This document shows, piece after piece, positions 51,694-64,000 of a stretch of 64,000 nt of DNA. Under the pieces are notes generated by a model that worked only from the letters and a program-made list of their open reading frames with translations, did not search any database and was not told the DNA's origin. Source of the DNA: Pecten maximus (taxonomy: Eukaryota); the NCBI RefSeq assembly GCF_902652985.1, contig NC_047022.1, positions 6,138,001 to 6,202,000 of the forward strand, written 5' to 3'. Within the stretch, counting starts at the first letter, position 1. Each line of letters starts with the position of its first letter. The translations under genes were made by a program, and so were the position numbers.

Positions 51694-54600
51694 TCAAGAT
51701 CAATCGCTGTCAACTAAACGCTTTTAAAGAATTAACATCAAGACAATATACAAGATTGGGCAGGATCAACAACGATTCACAGGATTAAACAGGAACGGAT
51801 AAAATTGGACAGAACCGAGGTAGAATTGGATTGTTTAGATGGTGGTTATGTATATTGTTTTATAAGAATGAATATTCAAAATCTGATGAGCTGATATTAA
51901 AGAAAATTCTAAAAAAACCAAAATAAAAAAGGCTACGTGAAAATTTAAGGAAGTGATTGATGGATTGATCCCTGTAAAGGGAAAGTCCCTGCCCTGACTG
52001 CAGTAATTTATTCAATTCTGAGTGCCCCGTTATTGCCAAACACAATTATTTGATATACACGTCCGACTGCCCAGTGGAGTCAAATATAATAACATGTTTA
52101 ACACATTTTCATCAATATGCAAGAGGTCCAGCGATAAGGTGATTTATACTGACATACCCGGCCTGTGGGTTGGTTGCTGCGCAATACCTGTAATAAGCTT
52201 TCAGGCCCGGAGGTCAAAAGTCAATTTCACCTTTTATGTAAATTCAGAATCAGTTTTCATACAATATATTTAGAATTCTGCTGCTGGGCTTATAACGTGT
52301 ATGCACTCAGACGTAGTGCAGTTCTTCATAAAAAAGGTTCTGTTTTTAAATACTTTTAGATATAAAAGTATTACACCCCACTGCAAGTTAAACTAGTTTT
52401 TTTGTTTATCCTTCCTTGAACATGGGGGATAGTTACGAGCTACGACAGTAACTTAAATACATCAATATATAGCTTTTAAGTAACGGTTAGCTTGTAATAA
52501 TGATGATATTAATAGCAATAATTACATCAATATCAGAAAATTCGAGACCAAAATAAACAAAAACTATCTACAAGGATGGAAATAACTAGATATTGTAAAG
52601 AAATTTTAATAGCTTATAGGAATATGATGTAATAAGTACTAATCTTACAAAACTAATTTATAGAATATCAAGATATAAAGCTTAAGTACAAATTTCATTT
52701 ACGTTTTTAAATGCTTCATAGAGAATAACTTTTGCAACATGAAACGTCAAGAGAGATATCACCAGTAATTTTAACATGTATGTGTTGTTGTTCATGTGTA
52801 CTAGAATGTTTGTACTTTAAATTTCTATTTCAGATACGTCACACATTGTGTAAACCATTACAGAGTTCCACGTCAACAGTAGCTATGTTTACTTATGCGC
52901 TGGAAGGATAATCACTACAGTACGTGATGAGAGCAGTGAGCCGTGAACCTCAGATCACGCTTCCCATAGAAAATGTGTTCGTCGTAGGTTTTGAGTTTCT
53001 GAGTGTAACTTTAAATCACCACCAGTTCAGGACAGTCAAATACGAGATACTAATACTTATAATCAATAAACATTGTAGCAACATCACAATAATGGCGACA
53101 ATATAGATATAAATTTATTCCATTGTACACAATTCATAACAGCCAAATAAAGTTTATTCGCGACGCAGATGTGGTTGGGGACGACATCTGTTGGCTTAGT
53201 GTTACTCATAGTTTCCATTCACCATTTAAAGCAACATCTGTTCTCTTAACAGCGACGTAATAGCTTATGTTGAAATTGTTGACATGGTAAACGTTGGGTT
53301 TATATTTATGATTTAACCACAGAAGCCGCAGAATTTTACAATGGCATTGTGTAGGGACAACATAAATCTGATTTTAACAAGATATTTAATTCCGCTCCAA
53401 TACTCTTACACCATTATCTCTGAAATCAGCAAACGATTGCACAGCTGCACCATTTTGATTTTTTTCCCTGAAAAATGTTCATTTCTCTGATTTTCATCAA
53501 TATAATATGAGAGCTAGTAACAATGAAGACAAATGGATCGCACACATATTATTACAATTTAAGAAAATCCGTTTCCGATTAAAGTAAGAAAATACAACTA
53601 ACAATAAATCTTGGCAATGGCGCAATTGGTAATAAGCCCTATTTACATCTTATATACATATAAATTATATTACATATCTCAGTCTCAAGTCTTTTTCTGG
53701 GATAAAAGATAATGATACACGTTTCTGCAGATCAGCCGTTAACAAGACAGAAACTGGACTTGGTTTACCATATACGTTATACATGCCTTGCCTCAACATG
53801 GTCGCTTAACCGGGAAGTAGAATTACCTGCACTAGTTTGTACAGAGCTAATATGCAGTAAAATAGCTATAGGTTTAGGCCGGTACACCCCTGCTGTCTGG
53901 TCGGGATATTCTCGATTCATTATCATGCAGCGAATGTGTTAAATGACAATTTCTAGAAACTTTGCGTTTACTACGAACTTACATAAAACCCGTGTTATTT
54001 TTTCAAGTAATATCGACTCCGATGGATAACGTATGTTGTATGCGGATGACCTGGGATTAAAACAGGGTGAGTGATTATGATTAGCTGTAGTTTATTGATA
54101 ATAACAGATATACCACAAACGTGAGTATAAAACGTAGCCTATTTCTTAAATGATAAGCAAATTTCTATGCAGATGATATGGTAAACGATAATGTATAGAT
54201 TATTTTTGCAACATGACAAATCCAGGACTTCTAAAGCCCGTGGAATATAAATTACCTACGCGCTCGAATCAAGATTGCTGGGCATTGTCAGATATAATTG
54301 AAAATTATCCATTTTCAAACAAGTTGTATTTTGAAGTCCGTAAGCTCTTTCCAGGGTAAGCTTATTTTCCAGATCGGCTTGTTTTAGAAATTTTAGGATA
54401 TTCTACATATTATCTACCTTCAAGTTAGCAGATCATAGTCAGATGATATTCCTTCTACATGGTACCTAAATTGACATTCTGCTCTGACTGGTACTGAATG
54501 ATATCTTATTCATCACCTGCATAAATAAATGTTCCTAAATTAATGACTTTAGATGTGTCTTATCTCTAGAAAAGCCAAGAAACCGCATCTTGTCTGCTCT

Positions 54601-55263
54601 TTCTGAAGATGTAAACAACCGGTTGTGAAATATTTCATATTTTCTGTCTTCCAATTTGAGCATGACTTATGAAAACGCGAACCCGGAAAAGGTCCATTGT
54701 CCTGATATCAAGGATCCGATTTGAAGCCACAATGGTCATAATGGTGGCACATTTCCACTATTTCTGTGGCACGTTCAGACATTCCCCCAACTTCGGACAT
54801 CTATACTATTATGATATGATATTGCTCACTTAAAGGAGGGCTAAATCGGTCCACAGCGATTTTTTTCATTCATATTCATATTTTTTTAACGGAGTCCCCG
54901 TGTATCGAGTGACCAAATCACACACATACTATACTGTCAACACTGTACTTTAAATTCGTATGTATATAGGTATTACTAAGTTTTTATTATACAATATCAT
55001 AAATATTTATTATAAATAAATATTTCACCTTGGAAATATCGTATCTATGTGTATCAACATCGTAATAATCAAAACGTGTATGGCACTATATTTTGCGTTG
55101 CCTTGGCGACTAGAGTAGTTGACTGTCTGCTGTTCCACTACTGTGCACACATGCACGATAAGTATAACAATGTTACAAAGTGACGCACTTACGTCGCTGT
55201 TGCGACCGAATTTTGCAATCTGGTGGCGAAGTTTTAAATTTGGTTAACGTAAATATAAGGACT

Positions 55264-55620
55264 GACTGTCAATTTTGTTGCTTGCATGGACTGATGAAGG
55301 GAAGTGAACCTCGAGCAAATGGTACATGAACTGCTTCGCAGTTCACTTCATTTGCACGAGGTTCACTTCCCTTCATCAGTCCATGATGAAGGGAAGTGAA
55401 CCTCGAGCAAATGGTACATGAACTGCTTCGCAGTTCACTTCATTTGCACGAGGTTCACTTCCCTTCATCAGTCCATGCAAGCAACAAAATTGACAATCAA
55501 TGGACTGATGAAGGGAAGTGAACCTCGAGCAAATGGTACATGAACTGCTTTGCAGTTCACTTCATTTGCACGACGTTCACTTCCCTTCATCAGTCCATGC
55601 AAGCAACAAAATTGACAATC
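55264..55620. repeat. Three tandem copies of a fold-back element
   Basis: GATGAAGGGAAGTGAACCTCG…TGAACTGC-TT(C/T)-GCAGTTCA…CGAGGTTCACTTCCCTTCATC three times, with outer arms GTCAATTTTGTTGCTTGCATGGACT / AGTCCATGCAAGCAACAAAATTGAC. Confidence 0.9.
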
Positions 55621-58600
55621 AATCCTTAAAAATATATCTTCAAGGGGAAAATATGACGCTGACAAATTATTTTATAATAAACAAACACAAGCTTATTTTC
55701 AAGAAAAGACTATCCTATACTATTGGTACAGTTCATGTGGTAATCAATCCATCAACGTTTATCTCGCATAAAACCACATGTTCAGAACCAATAAGGTCCG
55801 TGGAAATTGACCTTTGGAATCAAGTTCTCTAGACACTATCAGATACTTCAATTCTATACATAATTTGAACATTATCTTTATGAGAGGCTTATTTTCAAAC
55901 AATGAGTATGTTTCAGTCAGTTTTGCTCGTAAGGTACTATTGCATTATTTTACTGTATGAGTTCTCATTAGCTATCTGCATAAATCAATGTTCCTACAGA
56001 TATCCTGTTCACTTTACGTTTGTTTTATATCTGGACCAGCCAAGGAGACAACTGGTTGTGAGATATTTCAAATTTTCAGTTCCCCAGTTTGAGTATGTCT
56101 TTTGAGTACGAGAAATTTAAAAGGGTCCATTGCCCTGTTTTCAAGGTTTACATCAAAATCTGGGAATCAAAAGTTGCCCTTAAGATTTCAAAGTAACCGG
56201 AATTTCAATTGATCATATGGCTGCTTATTAGTGTTAGATATACGGGAGCTTCAGATAGTCATGCTACATCTTAGTTTCAAAAGGAGATTGTGCTTACCCC
56301 CCCCAAAAAATGAAAAAAGGTGTCCTTCATTGGTTGTTTATGGAAAATATCAAAATCCCATGTCGGTATTTTTGTTTGTTTGTTTGTTTTTTGTTTTGTT
56401 TTTTTGGTCTCTGAAAAGTAATTTTTCAATGTATTGGGTATTTTCACGGTCGAATAAAAAATATCGAAAGAGGATACAGACTGACAGAAACAATGTCTAT
56501 TGTGACATTATACAAATGTGAGATAAACTCATGGTGAGGAACACATGTATACTAGCGAGAAATTAATTGTGAGTTTCTGGATTATTTTATCATACCTGTG
56601 CCCATCCTTGACATCAGTCACTGCTTTTACTCTCCTTAACATTGACTCCAATACGGCGTTTTTGTTTTTTACTTCGGGGATTTTATTTCCCTCAATAATA
56701 AGGACCTGCTTGTGATGAGTGACGTGACTGTTGAAACGCGCCCTAGCCTCCTTTATAGCTCTTTTCACAAATGTTCTATGCGGGACATATCTAGATTGTA
56801 CCGTGGCCAATCAAGAACTAGAACATTCTGTGGAGCCAGAAAGTCAAATCTAAGCTACATGGGGGCTCGCGTTGTTCTATTGCAATATAAGGTCATATTA
56901 ACGAATGAGAGGAAGAACGTGTACTCTTAAAACCTTATCACACTATCTTACAGCTAAAAGATAACCATTAATAACCAGGTATCTTCAAGCCTTGATATAT
57001 CTCTGTCTATACCATAACAGACCCATTCTTGAATATATGGCTTTCCCGTTAGAGGATCGCTCACCATGACGTCGTTAGACACATTTTCGTCCATCTGACC
57101 TATATGAACCACGGAATCAAATGATTTTCCAAAGACGATAATGTATGTTTTTGCAACTGTCCTGCTTAAATGGAGTTTTCAAGGCTGGTCAATTACCCTT
57201 ATTTTGAGAAAGACTGTTCACAATCCTGTAAAAAAGTTTTATAAATTACACCCATTTGAACCTTTTTTAATGGGTGCCACAATCTTCTGTTGAAATCGGC
57301 AAAATCAACCAAAATGTACAACAACATATACACTCAATGAACTCCTTCTGGCAAGAACGGACTGGAAAAAAGCTTAAATCTATTTATTTGAAATATACAT
57401 GTGAAGCAAATCACACATATAACGTGGAAACTTTCTCACTTGAATATCCAATCAATAGTCCCCGATGCATTTACCTTTCTATCAAATCCTCTGTCGAAAT
57501 TGGGAAAAGCTCAATTAAATTTTGATTGGGTTTTGTTGTCCCTATAAGGTTAAAAGCGACACGCGTCAGTGAAAAACTTGCAAGATATAGCCAACTACAT
57601 ACGTGTATATCTATCGGGAGATGACAACGAATGACCGATGTCTTGCTTTATGGAAGACTATGAAACCACCCTGTATGGCTCAGTATATTGATTATGTAAT
57701 TGTACCAAGAGCTGTATGCCCGTGTTAGGGTTACCGGTTTTGACCCGGACAGCCCGCCCTGCCTCTAGTCATCCGTTAATGAACATTCGTGTCCCAGTTG
57801 GCAATTCGTAATTTCACAGATGTCAAACCAGCTAACGTCTAGTAGATACCATACAAGATATATCAAATCTTTATTAAACGTTGAATATTTGAAATAGTTA
57901 GTATTACCTCCCACGAGCTTATGTTTCGACAAACATGCGTAAATATAATGAAAACATGAAAAAAATCTGGTTTATTACAATGATACTGTGTAACAGTATA
58001 CTTAATAAGATATGAGGGAAAGATTAAAGCGACATCATGCTAAAACATTTCTTTTCCAACTGTTGTTTTATCATTTTGTATACATATATCACGTATATCA
58101 TCTTATGAACAACGCAAATTTCGCTAAAATAGATACAGATAGATGTTAATTAACAGTTATTAAAGAAAACTCGATTACTGTTGATATCATGCTTTTATGA
58201 TATGTCATATGTATATCTCGACTTAATCGTGTGGACAAGCATGTCACTATAAATCGATGTGAATATTGGGTTAGCGGATGCATAAAGGACACTGGAATTT
58301 TACAAATCACGTAATTTAATAAATGATATGTTCTCACCATGTTAGCTCTTCAAGAGATAGAAACGTTAATAATCGAGCTGTAAAATTAATTGACAAGAGA
58401 ACATACTTAACAAAATATCAAATATGAAAATAAATGAAGAATAATAGTAATAAAAGAATGAATTATTTATACAAAATGAATAAAAAGAATAGAAAATAAA
58501 ATCTACAGCAGTTATCAGGATAGTATCTTTTAATAATATTTAGAACAGCTGTAGAAAAAATTAATTCTTGGCTAAAATAATAATAGCAATAGATCACATA

Positions 58601-59337
58601 CGCATGGTGTTCCAGACAAAATCAGTCATTTGAAAAATCACAAGGACTAGCAAAGTAAAAGTTTAAAGTGTGATGTAAATGTAAAGCTAGTGGCTTTTAA
58701 ACATAGGGTCAATATCAATGTTTGTGGTAACACCGTTCGAACCGATCTATTTCCCTATTGCCTCCGTAAATTCTGCAATTTATGTTAAAGTATACATTTA
58801 TATAACGGGATATTCATCACATAATTATAATCTGATGAAAAGATTTAATATAGGTTACTCATTGCAAAACACAAAAATAATTATATGATATCCGCAAAAT
58901 GAGGCATGATTTACATGTACGAAAAGTTATTATTCAAAACTACGCATTGCCATTGACCTACTCCTTAGTTATTGTTTGTCCGGCTGTCCCTCTTGGCAAT
59001 TGAACTTCATACTTCAGTCATGGCTTATACGAATTAAGATGTTTCATGTGCCAGAGTACAGTCATTCTAACATACACTTGATCTCTGACGTTCATCAAAG
59101 AAAAACATTTTATCTGGGTATGATCTACAGCTCTTCTTACCAATTAACATTTCGCTTGGGACATATTTAAATACAACTATTGCTTATTGACTATACTGCC
59201 TACCTTGATAATTAATAATTAATTCACATTAAAACCACCACCAGCAAATTTAATGCAGTGAGTCTATCAAACGATCAGCGTGTAAAATACAAAACAACTC
59301 CATTATCGGTGCATTCTTGTTTTCATTTCTTATACTG

Positions 59338-59442
59338 AATCAATTGAATTATCTTGTTCTTTATCAATTGAACTATCTTGTTCTTAATCAATTGAACTAT
59401 CTTGTTCTTAATCAATTGAACTATCTTGTTCTTAATCAATTG
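59338..59442. repeat. 24-bp tandem repeat, about 4.4 copies
   Basis: AATCAATTGAACTATCTTGTTCTT repeated. Confidence 0.9.
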
Positions 59443-61989
59443 CAGGAATTCAGGCGCAATATACATAATGGTGACATATTTCCACACTTACTTTGTGGCG
59501 CATTCAGACATTCTTCTATACTCCATTTATCAAAATATCATTATGATTGAATTCAAATTACTCTCTCCATTGGTGTTAAAGTATTGCGGTTTCTTTAATG
59601 TCTCACTGGTTTGTTTGATGGGTCTATCGCCCCTATAACAGCCATTGTCGTTTGTTGGCGGCTGATCACTATCTCATCAAATCAACCAAACAAAATTTCC
59701 GTATATTGTATAGTATTACAGGATTAGTATACTTGCTACAACTATAAAAATGATAGAAAAAAACACTGATCATTTCAAATATCAAATCCATCCAAAAGAA
59801 AGGACAAATTAAAAAAAAAATCTCGTATGTTATATAACATATTATATAGTCTCAATATTGATCTCTTATACCCCATATAATACCTCGTATGCTATAAACG
59901 ATATATCATATATTATAAACATACTCGTATCTTTTATGAATATAAGAATCGACATAGCTCTTTGAATAAAATGCTAATTTGACTTGATATAGCATGTTCC
60001 GTTTTAACCTTCTCCAACTCGCTTGTGCCATCCTTTATCATTTATCTAAAAACTTTGATTTTCTTTGTCACTGTCAGTATGTCACCAGTAGTGCTTTACT
60101 ATATGAAATCGAGTTGTCTTCTTATAACTTAACCTTAACATATTATCTCAACATCCTAAGGGATCAAACACGTAAATAAATAGATATCACGAAGATTTAA
60201 AAAACGCTTTATTTTGTCATAGTTTGTAGGGTTAAAAACCTGATACATTTGTACGTTTGAAGTATTGTCGCATAACCGGGAAGTAGATTAACTTGCAGTG
60301 TTTTATATTGAGCTATTATGCTGTAACCATTACAACCAATATACTTACTCGTACTGAAGGCAAATTAGTATGTAGTCCAACCTCCATTGGACTGATTTGT
60401 TGCATACTTGAGGTATTGTATTACCTTCATATAGTTTATACATATATTATATCTCAAATTATTCTGTCGTAATTCGCAACACCCCTCTCCCCGCAAAAAA
60501 ATAGAACAAATCAATAAATTGAAAAAAAAAATTATTCAAAAAAGAAAATTTAAAATAAAAAAAAAAATAATGTTACAGACTCGATATTTATTTTCTACAA
60601 AGATGTAACCACGTACAAGGAAATTGTAAAAAAAAAAAGACATTTTCATTTATAAGCTAATAAATCATTATATTATTGCAACACAATAACACCAGACAGA
60701 TGATTCGAACCCCTTAGCACTTCCTGAATTATTTGTTTTGAGGTGGTGAAATGCAGATATGTAAAGTGTTCTACAGCCAATATTATCAATCTTGGCTCAT
60801 ATACTTCATTGCCGAAGAGGGCTCTTCTAGTGGCTATTAAAACACCTTCACCTCCTCTACCTTCCATACTTTCCCTGAATAGTTTGAAGGAGTCGGTAAA
60901 CACATATTTTTACTTGAATGTTTGGTGACTACCATTTTTCTGAACAAGTTATAATGTTTGGATTGGACCTGGCTAACCTATCTTCAAGCATTTTTTTTTT
61001 CTATTAAAGGGACTGAAAATTTACATCTATTAGTCTTATAGGATTTTGTCGCATAGGAAGCATGTGTAGCTTTCCGAGCATGTGTAGATATAACAACCAT
61101 CTGCCTGGGGTAAGCAGGGGAGATTTTAAGTATTTTTTTTTTGTAATGTATTTGCGGAGAAGTAAATACAGATGAAATTAGAGTTGATATTATGCTCTTA
61201 AGTTACTTTTGTAAATACTTGCGTGATATTGACAGAAATTCAGGCAGTCATATCATTCATAAGCTGGGATGGATTCATCAAGTCTACTGATATACACTGT
61301 ACAATTGGTGAGCTTGCACCTAGTTTTGATATAGTAATGTAAAGGACTAGGCCTAGAAAAGAAATTGACATATACTTGAAGAACGTATTGTGAGGAGGCA
61401 CCATGCGTATACTTGCACTTACGAGCTATCTAATGTGGTACAAAAGGGGCGTATTGATAAGGCGTTGATACTAAACAGGCAATAGGATTAGCATTTCGTT
61501 TTACATACTCGATCCCTGGGCTCATCAGTGGACGGCCGGCAGCCTGTAGGTACAGAATGAAGTGATAGGTCACCGATTGTACGGGATATAATAGCGATTT
61601 GGGAATGGAAAAAATAGCACATAGGATTTGGCTGATTTTTTCAGCATTGTTAAACTAGACTCGCCCTAGGTTGGATGTATTTGATATCCTTGTGCAAATT
61701 GTTATCTATAAGATATTTTGTGTTAAACACGACAAAATCGACAATTTGACTGATAGGTACTGTTTGAAACGCTCTCAAATTCCAACGCGTACACGTACAC
61801 TCGGAAACATATATAATGCACGGCACATATAAATCAAGGTTTCCCGGAAAAGATTATTTTTATTTTTTATTTTAGGATATCATTTACAGAACGATCACAA
61901 GAGTACTTTGAAAATGAGTTGCTTTTTCGACCTTCTCCGTAATTTTCCACTCGACCGGGGTATTTTCTATAAATAGACGATCGAATGTT

Positions 61990-62140
61990 TGATGACGTAA
62001 AACACGAGGTAGGGGTAGGGACAGCCGGCGACGGGTCTTACTAGAAGGGAAAACCAGAGAACCTAGAGTAAACCTATTTGGTCGAGCACGCAACTCAAAA
62101 CATTTTAATGTCCGATCGGGGAATCGAACACCAAACATGC
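61990..62140 (-). mobile_element. Diverged tRNA-derived SINE fragment
   Basis: B-box-like GTTCGATTCCC on - and a V-domain-like GGAAAACCAGAGAACCTAGAG on +. Confidence 0.45.
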
Positions 62141-64000
62141 TGCTTTGAAACCGTTATATTTTGCTCCTCAGATGTTGTCCTTGATCAGATAGGTTAAGAA
62201 AGCATAATGATCTTTTCACGAAATTCACTGTCATAATGCAGCATATATGATACAATTATTTCTGTACCCCAATGTAGGTTCAAAAGAGTTACGTCCCTGT
62301 ATAAGCAAATGGAGAGTGGTTGTCGGTAGATATTTTGCTTAAGAAAGAGTTGATATGACCAACACAGATACTTAGCCCTTGACACGATTGATGAGGCTAC
62401 CAGGAAACTGAATATGTATGTGTATGTTTGTATATTCTGTGTCTGTGTGTGAGGATGTGTGTATGTTTAGTATGTCTGTCAGTATATATTCACGTGTAAG
62501 AGTATGTGTGATTGTGTATGATGATGATGATGATGATGATGATGGATTCGACTAAAGATATCAGCACTTAGTTGGTATAACGGGTAATTCCTGTAACACC
62601 TGCATTATCCAACATGTTATAGATAAAGCAAAAAGTTGTTAGAATCGTGTCGAATTCTTGCGTTTATTTTAATATTTCAAATTCATTTGTTATGGCCAAA
62701 AGGGAAAATATTTCAAAGTTGTACAGGCTAGCTGAAAGCGAAGAACAGGACAGGCACTTTCTTCCCGTTTTTATTGGGGATTTGATCAACAAAAGACCAA
62801 GAAGCATTTCCAATAGAGTTGTTATATTTCCATTTCTATTAAAATGATTTTTATATTCAATTTTAAAGGGTTCAAATGAAAAATTATACAAATAACACCA
62901 ATCAAGAGTAAAAAAAGTATTTTACTCCAGAAGAAATTACTCGATATGCTAACATTATCGTAATTTAATACATTTATTGCTATGGCGATGTGGCATTTGA
63001 ATTGTATAATCTTTCTAAATTAAGAGATACACATAATAGTAAACTTCGTTATAGTTATCTTTCAAAACTAATGCGCAAATCACGAAACTTTAAAGGACAA
63101 CTGAGTTAAACTGTCGTTGTTATTGCTGAAGCGGAGGATTGCCAGTGATAACATGATTGCTGCAAAACAACGTCGCGTTGGGCTTTGATATTGGCAACTA
63201 CAATCCTGAGACTCTTGAGCTTTTTAACCACATATAAGATTTATTTTATTTCATGCTCATAGTTTTGCATTTGGCCTCCGATATAGATAAAGTAAGTGAA
63301 ATAATCAACGGCTTTCATAAAGGGACTTTCTGATGTTGCAGTTGTTTTAAATGGATTGAATAGTTTATTGAAGTTAATCAAAATCTACATCGCATCAATT
63401 CACTTCAAGAGTAGAAAGTATCACATACTACATGATAGTAAGCATTGGAAACCGTAAAGAGGCAAGACTGGATAGAAAAGCAGGGCACGCACGAGTCAAA
63501 CGAGGAAGACTAGGAATATCCACACTCTCTGATGTACTCTCCGATTACTGCTTTGATCTTTCACGTAAGAACAATGTTGATTACAAAAATATCGATTTGT
63601 AATATATATATATATATTGGTGCACATTTATCCTTATATCTGCCATTCGACGTTTTATATTTTTGTTTTGCCAAAATTCATTTATATGATATGTTTATGT
63701 ATATGTAGATTTATGTAATCATTTATATCTACAACAAAATATGTATCTGTATGTCGATAGGGGTTTGGTTTCTGGCTAATATTTATTTACATAAAAAAAA
63801 TGCAAAGTACCCATTATTAAAGACATTTAAATACCCTAAAGTGTCAGTACATATCCTGGTAGATCTGATTGCAGAATGCGTTTAGAATTTGGTGGTTACA
63901 TTGGACGATGTAGAGCATAGTCTAGTCGTCGTATTTAGGTCAATAGCCATACTTGCCATCCAAACTATTATTGTCAAGCAAAACCATAACTTGTAGAATT

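Noticed and set aside
55290-55320. CTGATGA-AGG…CCT as a hammerhead within the palindrome array
   Set aside because: It is followed by CGAGC rather than GAAA, and there is no cleavage triplet or stem III.
61480-61536. CUGAUGAG…CGAAA on the minus strand as a hammerhead
   Set aside because: The core words are present but stems I, II and III cannot be paired.
52000-64000. Short ORFs and isolated splice-like sites (e.g. G|GTGAGT near 54067) as a third gene
   Set aside because: No recognisable protein motif or phase-consistent exon chain could be supported by eye.

Overview
AT-rich, intron-containing animal genomic DNA. The repeat families (MetaSINE, Helentron-type satellite element, CR1 and Nimb LINEs) suggest a bivalve mollusc; this is inference. 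Two convergent host genes are present. MZT2/MOZART2 lies on + with 2 coding exons (26608-27880). NBN/NBS1 (nibrin) lies on - with 15 coding exons (51653 down to 32537), all found by eye through GT-AG junctions and phase continuity. Bases 1-24 kb are a transposon graveyard: a decayed Gypsy element, an L1/Tx1-like LINE split by four nested insertions with readable TSDs, a CR1-like LINE with a 2A-like motif, and MetaSINEs. Main observations: (1) a 2.7-kb minisatellite in NBN intron 8 whose 33-bp unit is the exon-8 3' end plus its GTAAGT splice donor, i.e. an amplified splice junction; (2) a MetaSINE with a structured, possibly ribozyme-like 5' leader inside its TSDs; (3) a Penelope-type minimal hammerhead with a core mutation; (4) an unresolved frame break in NBN exon 10; (5) a ~100-bp piece matching NBN intron 1 inserted into a SINE 28 kb away. 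The region 52-64 kb is mostly non-coding.
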